Source: a virus | Taxonomy: Duplodnaviria; Caudoviricetes | Length of the DNA stretch: 32,290 nucleotides | Direction: 5' to 3' (one strand) | Virus record (IMG/VR): IMGVR_UViG_3300025277_000082 | Span: 1-32,290 of that record | Shown: piece after piece, positions 26,565 to 32,290 of the stretch | Layout: each line of letters begins with the position of its first letter | Numbering within the stretch: the stretch's first letter is position 1 | Made by a program: the position numbers and the translations under genes | Notes under the pieces: generated by a model | Databases searched by the model: none | What the model saw: the letters and a program-made list of their open reading frames with translations, nothing else | What the model was told of the DNA's origin: nothing

Positions 26565-27081
26565 TCTCCATGATCAACCGCCCGAGGATCTCTGGAATTT
26601 GAGGCACCACTGAATTGCCGAGTGCCTTCAATTTTTTTACCCGATTCTTTTCTCCCGTGGTGACCCTCGGAATGTCCGGCTCTATGTGCCAGATGGATCC
26701 AATGTCAAGTAGTTCGGCGGATAACCCATCAGCCAGGTGACCCATTCCGCGTTGAGTTGGCCGGTTACTCCCTCCGCTTCCTGTGCCGTTGCATCCAGAT
26801 ATTTCTTGTCGAGCCGATACTGATGACTCTTGCTCCCCAAGGGTTCCACTCCCTTGTATTCCGATGATCTCGGAGTCGGCCACCACTCCATCGGCTTTGA
26901 GTCTTTCATAAGTCAATTCCTTTATATCTGGATACACCGGCACATCAGGCCAGTGCTTGTTTAATATTTGGGTACAGAACGGATCTTGCTCGCAGAATGC
27001 AACCGTCTTGAATTCTTTTGATGCACGGTGCAGACCCAGCGAGAACCCTCCAATCCCGGCAAAGAGATCAAGAATCCTCAT
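26548..27081 (-). CDS. C5-cytosine DNA methyltransferase homologue lacking the catalytic core
   Basis: Motif I LDLFAGIGG, CE.D, DIKEL and motif X LKALGNSVVPQ present; no PCQ, ENV or RxR motifs. Confidence 0.8.
   Translation of the reverse strand: MRILDLFAGIGGFSLGLHRASKEFKTVAFCEQDPFCTQILNKHWPDVPVYPDIKELTYERLKADGVVADSEIIGIQGSGTLGEQESSVSARQEISGCNGTGSGGSNRPTQRGMGHLADGLSAELLDIGSIWHIEPDIPRVTTGEKNRVKKLKALGNSVVPQIPEILGRLIMEIEREV
26682..26909 (-). CDS. Nested alternative-frame methyltransferase small subunit (motif IX-like)
   Basis: WPTP...GQLNAEWVTWLMGYP, characteristic of the second frame in dual-frame C5-MTases. Confidence 0.65.
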   Translation of the reverse strand: MKDSKPMEWWPTPRSSEYKGVEPLGSKSHQYRLDKKYLDATAQEAEGVTGQLNAEWVTWLMGYPPNYLTLDPSGT

Positions 27082-27370
27082 GATCGTATTCATCAATGAA
27101 GATGAACGAATCACCCCGGAGAATATCCGGATCGGTATCCCATGGTTTTTTTGGACTGACTACAATCTGCCGCTCGATTGCAATTTCACCTCGGGCAAAT
27201 TGCCGGCCCTTGTCGGTGAGCTTTAGCGTTTTGTCAATCAGGCCCCAGTGCCGGGTTTTGTGGATTCCATCCAGGTGAGAATAATAATTATCGTGGTAAA
27301 GTTTGCGGATTGCGCGGCAGAGTTTCTTGGTGAAAATAAGGCATTCGGTATGTTCGGTGACAAAGTCCAT
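27068..27370 (-). CDS. Hypothetical protein (possible winged helix)
   Basis: HWGLID...LTDKGRQFA pattern. Confidence 0.55.
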   Translation of the reverse strand: MDFVTEHTECLIFTKKLCRAIRKLYHDNYYSHLDGIHKTRHWGLIDKTLKLTDKGRQFARGEIAIERQIVVSPKKPWDTDPDILRGDSFIFIDEYDHEDS

Positions 27371-27389
27371 AGATCACACTCCCCCTCAT

Positions 27390-27640
27390 GATGTGGTGAT
27401 TTTGTGTCCGCCCCTCGCCGTTACACCTAGGATTAAGGTGTTACAACATGTCAGAGTTTGTTACATTAAGACTCTGATTTTTTTAGGACAAAACACTAAG
27501 TCACTCAATAATTGAAGTTGGGGAAAATGACCTTATGAAACTTACCTTTTAAAAAGTTTGTTCCATAAGGCCATCCAACCCATTGATATTGTTGCATCCC
27601 ACAAAAACATCTTTACCATATGTGGGTAGTTTGTGTCTAC
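27390..27640. other. Candidate attP region
   Basis: Non-coding, AT-rich, next to the int stop; direct 18-mers at 27391-27408 and 27620-27637 (15/18 identical); central inverted CCTTATG/CATAAGG; IHF-like AACCCATTGATAT. Confidence 0.6.
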
Positions 27641-27642
27641 TT

Positions 27643-28740
27643 TTAACTTGCTCCCTGTACCAGCCTCAAAGACGGGGCCTTGCGCTGTAATACCACTTTC
27701 TTTTTAGCTTGTCGCTGGGCATGCAGATCCTCGACATGCACATAAATCTGCGTGCTTGCGAGATTCTTATGGGATAGCAGTTTGCCAAGTGCCGGCAGAT
27801 CCATTCCCGATTCAGCCCAGCGAGTTGCGAACGTATGTCTTATAGAATGGAAGGTGCACTCCAGACCAATGGCTCGGGCATGCTGGCTGAATAAATTGGT
27901 CACATGCTCCCTGGTGTAATGCTCACGCTTTTTGTACGGTGATGGCCATACATAAGTTTCATACGGGTGAGCCAAGCGGCGGATCCGGAACCATTCCAAA
28001 ACTTCAGGCTCGAGATCGATGTAAGTGGTCTTACCTTTTTTCATATCATCCGGCGCGAACTCGAAGCATTCATTTACGAAATTGATCTGGTCGTACCGCA
28101 GTGACGTGATATTAGATAACCGGATGCCGACTTGCCAATCGATCCAGACAATTTCCCGGAGCCAGGTTGGCAGCGTGGCGAGCAGATTATCCAGGTCGTC
28201 ATCGCTGATCAGTTTATGTTTCTGCTCGGGTTCATCCAGCTTGACAATTTGCGCCAGCGGATCAAAGGGCAGATGTTTTTCTTTAGCACACCACTTGGTA
28301 AATGATTTGAGTTGCGTGATACGGTTATTGATTGAACGGTTTTTTTCTCCGCGTTCAATACACGCTGCCCGGATTATCTTGACATGTTTCTCACCGAGGG
28401 TATGCAAGGGTGCATCCTTGATAATGTCCTTCAATACCAGGCTCCCCTTTTTACGCTTGTCACCGCCTTCCCAGCTAGTGCGCTTGATGTACAGCGAGGA
28501 TGCCCGGACATTAGCTACCAGTTCCGGATCGGTGAGATACTTTTCATACGCGTCATAAATCGTCATCGTATTCGTGATAGTAACCTCCAATCCCAGCGCC
28601 ACACGTTTGAAGCGTGCTTGCAGATCATCATGGAACGCCTGGGCTTTTCGTTTGTTGGCCTCACCGGTAGATCCTCGGTGCCGAGATTTGGCTACCCGAA
28701 AATCGTACCAGTATGTATTGTTACGTTTATAAATTGCCAC
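27643..28740 (-). CDS. int: Tyrosine integrase
   Basis: N-terminal arm-binding-like domain (YKRNNTYWYDF...STG); catalytic GIR, K, HSIRH, LLSH and TQIY. Confidence 0.93.
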   Translation of the reverse strand: MAIYKRNNTYWYDFRVAKSRHRGSTGEANKRKAQAFHDDLQARFKRVALGLEVTITNTMTIYDAYEKYLTDPELVANVRASSLYIKRTSWEGGDKRKKGSLVLKDIIKDAPLHTLGEKHVKIIRAACIERGEKNRSINNRITQLKSFTKWCAKEKHLPFDPLAQIVKLDEPEQKHKLISDDDLDNLLATLPTWLREIVWIDWQVGIRLSNITSLRYDQINFVNECFEFAPDDMKKGKTTYIDLEPEVLEWFRIRRLAHPYETYVWPSPYKKREHYTREHVTNLFSQHARAIGLECTFHSIRHTFATRWAESGMDLPALGKLLSHKNLASTQIYVHVEDLHAQRQAKKKVVLQRKAPSLRLVQGAS

Positions 28741-28757
28741 GGTGACCTCCTTAGTTA

Positions 28758-28775
28758 AGGGGCCCGGAGGCCCCT
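28758..28775 (-). other. GC hairpin just upstream of the integrase RBS
   Basis: AGGGGCC-UCCG-GGCCCCU followed by UAACU and the SD; possible attenuator or processing site. Confidence 0.5.
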
Positions 28776-28780
28776 GTTAG

Positions 28781-29053
28781 TTATTTTCTTGGTTTGTTGC
28801 GTCTATCGTCCCAGCTAATTCCAAATGTATCTATGAATTTTTTTGCTAGTTTTTGGTACGCTTCAAGGTCCGCCTGATGAATAGCTAAGACTTCATCTCT
28901 TGAATACCCACAATACCTATCACTCTGCCGCCCTAATCCTTTTTCTTCGTAATTGTCAAGATAACCGCTCGCTGTGCCGCCTTGGCTCTGCAACCAGTCA
29001 TACGCTTCTTTTACTTCCGCTCTCAATTTCTCTAAAAAATTTAATTTTGCCAT
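28781..29053 (-). CDS. Hypothetical protein
   Basis: 90 aa with an AAGGAGGTCACC RBS. Confidence 0.7.
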   Translation of the reverse strand: MAKLNFLEKLRAEVKEAYDWLQSQGGTASGYLDNYEEKGLGRQSDRYCGYSRDEVLAIHQADLEAYQKLAKKFIDTFGISWDDRRNKPRK

Positions 29054-29064
29054 GGTGACCTCCT

Positions 29065-29243
29065 TTATAAATCTTCAATTTTTTGAGTTAATCTTTTGCC
29101 AGTTCTTATTTCATGTGGTTGATGAACAGTATATTGATTTTGACCATCAAACCAATTATCACCAGTTACGCACATAGTCCATGTTGTTTGAAGCATCATT
29201 AATTCCGCTTCGGTTAACTCCAATGTGTAAGTTTCTTTTTCAT
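29065..29243 (-). pseudogene. 59-aa gene needing a -1 shift at codons 2-3 (frameshifted or recoded)
   Basis: Strong RBS and ATG AAA AAG give only 9 codons in frame 0; the -1 frame is open to TAA 29065, next to the following RBS. Confidence 0.6.
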
Positions 29244-29283
29244 GGTGACCTCCTTGGTTTGTTAAGATGTTCTTACAAACCTA

Positions 29284-29311
29284 ATTATCCATATTCTTAG
29301 TCATATGTCAA
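29284..29311 (-). promoter_or_regulatory. sigma70-type promoter candidate for the int operon
   Basis: TTGACA-16 nt-GATAAT. Confidence 0.55.
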
Positions 29312-29324
29312 ATAAAAATGGCAA

Positions 29325-29717
29325 TTATTTTATAATATTTTTTATCTTATTGAAAACACTGGGAGTTTTGGCGGCTATTTCTTGGCATCCTAGGGCATTT
29401 TCCCGTACGCACGAATCGTGTGTGTTACCCGATTCGTCCTGGCCATCGTTGATTTTCTTTCGGCATTCTTGGCCATCCACTGTTCGATTTCTTCCGGATT
29501 GTACCGGATTTCGTGGCCGTTTAACTTCAGGTGTGGCATTCCTTTTTCTCGCAGCGACCTTAATTGCCTTTTGTTTTTTAAGCTTAACCATGTTATTAAA
29601 TCGTTCTCTGTAATTAAGTTTCTTGGCGGCATTATCTCTCTCCGTTTGAAGTTGTTCGGTAGTAATTTCATCGATTAACTCACCGTGTTTGTTATAAATT
29701 TTTACCGGGTAAATCAT
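29325..29717 (-). CDS. Hypothetical protein overlapping the excisionase-like gene
   Basis: ATGA-coupled to the upstream gene; N-terminus MIYPVKIYNKHGELIDEI looks protein-like, C-terminal part uncertain. Confidence 0.45.
   Translation of the reverse strand: MIYPVKIYNKHGELIDEITTEQLQTERDNAAKKLNYRERFNNMVKLKKQKAIKVAARKRNATPEVKRPRNPVQSGRNRTVDGQECRKKINDGQDESGNTHDSCVRENALGCQEIAAKTPSVFNKIKNIIK
29390..29632 (-). CDS. Excisionase-like HTH protein
   Basis: LITENDLITWLSL...LREKGMPHLKL...IRYNPEEIEQW, MerR/Xis-type winged HTH; probable start MPPRN. Confidence 0.75.
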   Translation of the reverse strand: MPPRNLITENDLITWLSLKNKRQLRSLREKGMPHLKLNGHEIRYNPEEIEQWMAKNAERKSTMARTNRVTHTIRAYGKMP

Positions 29718-30295
29718 GTGTTTACTCTGACAATGTCATCGCGGTAAACACTAACACCTGGAATCTTTGCCATCTCGCCCATGGCGTTTACCTTGCGAGC
29801 AATCGCTTCGAGATCGGGGGTCAGTAATTCCGGCGGCAGTTTATCCGGATCGGTCACTTCAAATTTGTATTTTTTAATAAACGTGGTATGCTTCAACTTC
29901 GACTGGAGCTCTGGCGGAGCCAATGAAGTTATGGTGACCTCTGAAAGCTCTTCCAGAGCCTTCCGGTCTTTCTCCATATTGAACTCCTTCATCTTTCCCT
30001 TGATCAGACTCTCGGCAATCTCATAATTTTTTAGTGTTTCATTTCTTTCACCGGTCAATGCCTTGTGTGTTTTGTGAGCTCGCTTGACCGGTTCCTCAAA
30101 TTTTTTCTCGACCATCTTTTTATCGGCCATCAAATTGCCGAGCAATGCATCGGTCCTGATCTGGTCCGCATCGGTCCTGATTTTAATTTTTAAAACAAGA
30201 TCCTGGATCTGTTCCGGATGACCCACTACGAATTGCTCATGATCCAGTGGAACCAACGGGGCATTGCTGGGTTCCAGCTTGTAAGGTACTTTCAT
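29714..30295 (-). CDS. Gp157/Gam-like coiled-coil protein
   Basis: Long coiled coil then KFEVTDPDKLP...PD...IPGV; lies in the recombination module. Confidence 0.55.
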   Translation of the reverse strand: MKVPYKLEPSNAPLVPLDHEQFVVGHPEQIQDLVLKIKIRTDADQIRTDALLGNLMADKKMVEKKFEEPVKRAHKTHKALTGERNETLKNYEIAESLIKGKMKEFNMEKDRKALEELSEVTITSLAPPELQSKLKHTTFIKKYKFEVTDPDKLPPELLTPDLEAIARKVNAMGEMAKIPGVSVYRDDIVRVNT

Positions 30296-30942
30296 CTTTC
30301 ATTTCTCCTCTTGAAGTGGTACACGCGAACAGCGGCCAGGAAGTTGGCAAGGTCCTCTCGGCTCCGATACGGGACTAGCTTATAGTTACCGTTCGGCTTT
30401 AAGTGCAGAGCGAACCTGGCCAGTCCCTTTTCACCCCCCATTTTCTCCCAGGCAAACTGGTAGGCGGCCAACTGGATCCCCGTGGTGTCAAGTTCCGCAC
30501 CCGTTTTAAGGTCCACAATCGATGGGGTCCCGTTAATTGTCATGACTCGGTCGAGAGCTCCGGCGTACCAGAATTCTTCGTTGTGTACGAATGTTTCAAT
30601 TTCGATGACAACAATATTGTTTTCTTCGCGGAATGTTTTATAAGCATTCACATAGGGGAGAAGATCAATATCAATCGGGCCGACCGGTTTATCGCGGTCC
30701 ATATCCTCAGTAATTTTATGAACAGCGGTTCCCCGGTCAGCCGCGACTCTTACATTATTCTCGGCCTCGGTTGGGAAATTAATTTCACCATCATTTTCTT
30801 TTTTCTTAAAAAGCCGTGAGTAGTACCCGACATCTTGCATGATTGTTGTGACACTGGGCACTGCCTTTGTGCTGCCATCGTCCATACGGACGCGGTAAAC
30901 ATGTTCACGGTCACAAGTGATGTCGAGTGTTTTAATAGTCAT
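30292..30942 (-). CDS. PD-(D/E)XK exonuclease
   Basis: PSVTTI, RGTAVH, E, YAGALD, DLKTG, QLAAY motifs. Confidence 0.85.
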   Translation of the reverse strand: MTIKTLDITCDREHVYRVRMDDGSTKAVPSVTTIMQDVGYYSRLFKKKENDGEINFPTEAENNVRVAADRGTAVHKITEDMDRDKPVGPIDIDLLPYVNAYKTFREENNIVVIEIETFVHNEEFWYAGALDRVMTINGTPSIVDLKTGAELDTTGIQLAAYQFAWEKMGGEKGLARFALHLKPNGNYKLVPYRSREDLANFLAAVRVYHFKRRNER

Positions 30943-31535
30943 CAGAATGCAATGTCCTCTTCGGTTTCGAAAGATACTCCGCTAGTGGAGTAGGATTGGT
31001 GCTCAACAACCTGAACTCCTTTTAACCGCATCTTGCATCCGACCTTGCCGGACACGGCCCAGCCATAAGGTTGATAGGCCACCTTTAATGTTGAACCGTT
31101 GCCGATTTCGTTATTCGGGTCATGTTCCAGGGGTTTGTTATTGGCATCCAGAACAAGCACCGAATTCGTAAACGGTTTACCGTTTCTTGGATTCACTTCA
31201 TGATCTACCCGGAACTTTAAAAGGTACCAGGTCGGATCAATGTCCACCCCGGTGCTTGATAATCCATCCAGATATTTTTTTGTACAATCCTTTACCAGCT
31301 TGTATTGAACATCCGGCGAAGGTTTGCCACCCTCCGCGGCCACGGTATCGGAAACCATCTTGTCGTAGATGGCAATCGTTTCCTTGGCATCTTTGGGTGA
31401 TAGAAAAAGATCCACGGCGAACTCGCCGCCATCCTTGAACGTGGTGTCCGGCACATAGACCTTGACCCACGCGGCTTCCCCGGCCGGTGTATATCTTACG
31501 GGTTCCTGTTTTTTAACCTTGCCATTCTTAACCAT
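30942..31535 (-). CDS. Single-stranded DNA-binding protein, T7 gp2.5-like
   Basis: TPAGEAAW...PDT.F, IGNGS, RLKGVQV, acidic tail ending in Phe (ETEEDIAF). Confidence 0.85.
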   Translation of the reverse strand: MVKNGKVKKQEPVRYTPAGEAAWVKVYVPDTTFKDGGEFAVDLFLSPKDAKETIAIYDKMVSDTVAAEGGKPSPDVQYKLVKDCTKKYLDGLSSTGVDIDPTWYLLKFRVDHEVNPRNGKPFTNSVLVLDANNKPLEHDPNNEIGNGSTLKVAYQPYGWAVSGKVGCKMRLKGVQVVEHQSYSTSGVSFETEEDIAF

Positions 31536-31874
31536 TCACTTGCCCTCCTTTTGAGATTTAAGTTTTATGATACGAGTAATACAGCCGAGTGGAATAACCC
31601 CTCTGTTAGCGACTGACTTGGCTTTCTTGTCTGAAAATTCGATGTTGTGGCAGAGCACTAATGTGCTTGCCCGGAATGTAAGAAAATATCCAATGGTCCG
31701 CACCGGAATTGATCTGATACCTTTGACGGCATCTTTCTGGTCCATCCAGGTGAATCCTTCGGAGCTATCGAGATCCCCGGCATCCACCCAGTAGACCTCG
31801 ATCCGGTCATCCTTGGATAATTTTTTAATCTGACTCCGGATCCTGGTGAGTATCTGATTCGTTGTCATAGACAT
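31536..31874 (-). CDS. Conserved hypothetical phage protein
   Basis: IEVYWVDA...W...TIGY...IPLGCI..I pattern. Confidence 0.65.
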   Translation of the reverse strand: MSMTTNQILTRIRSQIKKLSKDDRIEVYWVDAGDLDSSEGFTWMDQKDAVKGIRSIPVRTIGYFLTFRASTLVLCHNIEFSDKKAKSVANRGVIPLGCITRIIKLKSQKEGK

Positions 31875-31965
31875 CCTTATAGAGTTGGCGGAATGCTAAA
31901 ATTATCGGGATGAACATAATGAACTGCATGAGCCTGGTGAGGATGATGATGGTACTTTGTTCCAT
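31825..31965 (-). CDS. 46-aa single-TM peptide, first gene of the early operon (not in the ORF track)
   Basis: GGAGGTCACC ATG; MEQSTIIILTRLMQFIMFIPIILAFRQLYKDVYDNESDTHQDPESD. Confidence 0.6.
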   Translation of the reverse strand: MEQSTIIILTRLMQFIMFIPIILAFRQLYKDVYDNESDTHQDPESD

Positions 31966-32049
31966 GGTGACCTCCATTTAAGTTGACATCTTGCGACTGG
32001 TTGTGTAGGTTATTTGCCAATACCAACACAACATTTCGCATTGACCAAG

Positions 32050-32078
32050 AATATAGCCGAATGGCTAATATATGTCAA
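32050..32078 (-). promoter_or_regulatory. Near-consensus leftward sigma70 promoter with overlapping operator-like palindrome
   Basis: TTGACA-17 nt-TATATT; palindrome TAGCC-GAAT-GGCTA at 32054-32067; the -35 overlaps the repressor start codon. Confidence 0.7.
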
Positions 32079-32290
32079 ACAAATTTCGTATTGCCAGATT
32101 AAATGCCAGTTTGAACCAGGAACAGGCGGCCAAGAAATTGGGGATCCATGTGACTACTCTCAACAAGTATGAGAATGATCACCGGCAACCCAGTGCGGAT
32201 GTTGTGCGGAAGATGGCAAGTGTTTACGCGGTATCAGTAGATGTCCTTTTAGGAATGCAAACTACAACCCCCCCGGATGACAATAGGTAC
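32072..32290 (+). CDS. XRE-family HTH repressor (CI-like), runs off the window
   Basis: Manual translation MSNKFRIARLNASLNQEQAAKKLGIHVTTLNKYENDHRQPSADVVRKMASVYAVSVDVLLG; divergent from the early operon. Confidence 0.88.
   Translation, partial: MSNKFRIARLNASLNQEQAAKKLGIHVTTLNKYENDHRQPSADVVRKMASVYAVSVDVLLGMQTTTPPDDNRY

Noticed and set aside
27390-27640. tRNA fragment or dif site as the att core
   Set aside because: No T-arm GTTCGA/CCA end and no XerC/D consensus recognisable on either strand
29931-29941. Another ggtgacctc copy
   Set aside because: Lies inside a coding region (EVTI) and is followed on the minus strand by ATA, not a start codon; likely chance
30292-30942. Cas4 or a CRISPR-associated system
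   Set aside because: No Cas4 Fe-S cysteines, no array; context is an SSB/recombination module
15-31794. The many plus-strand ORFs in the track
   Set aside because: Antisense shadows of densely packed minus-strand genes with no recognisable motifs

Overview
About 32 kb of a temperate short-tailed (podovirus-type) phage genome, almost all on the minus strand. Reading right to left: a divergent XRE repressor (cut by the window edge), then an early module (T7 gp2.5-like SSB, PD-(D/E)XK exonuclease, excisionase-like HTH, tyrosine integrase with a candidate attP). Next comes a replication module (internally deleted C5-methyltransferase, Phg_2220_C-type protein, T7 gp4/Twinkle-like primase-helicase, DUF1064, DUF5664). 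A homopolymer-rich intergenic region follows, then the lysis cassette (M15 endolysin, holin, spanins), TerS/TerL, portal, scaffold, major capsid, tail tubular A/B, GNAT, four internal virion proteins and the start of a tail fibre. Main result: the major capsid gene, seen as three broken ORFs, is one 290-aa gene interrupted by two related ORF-less group I introns (267 and 263 nt, IA2-like). Their splice sites, internal guide sequences and compensatory base changes can be read directly from the sequence. Also notable: a Cys-rich GP88/radical-SAM-like domain fused to an ejection protein, a methyltransferase lacking its catalytic core, attP arm-like repeats recurring 5 kb away, a repeated promoter/operator/RBS unit, and a possible -1 frameshift gene. 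Family names are from motif recognition by eye; no searches were run and the host cannot be determined.
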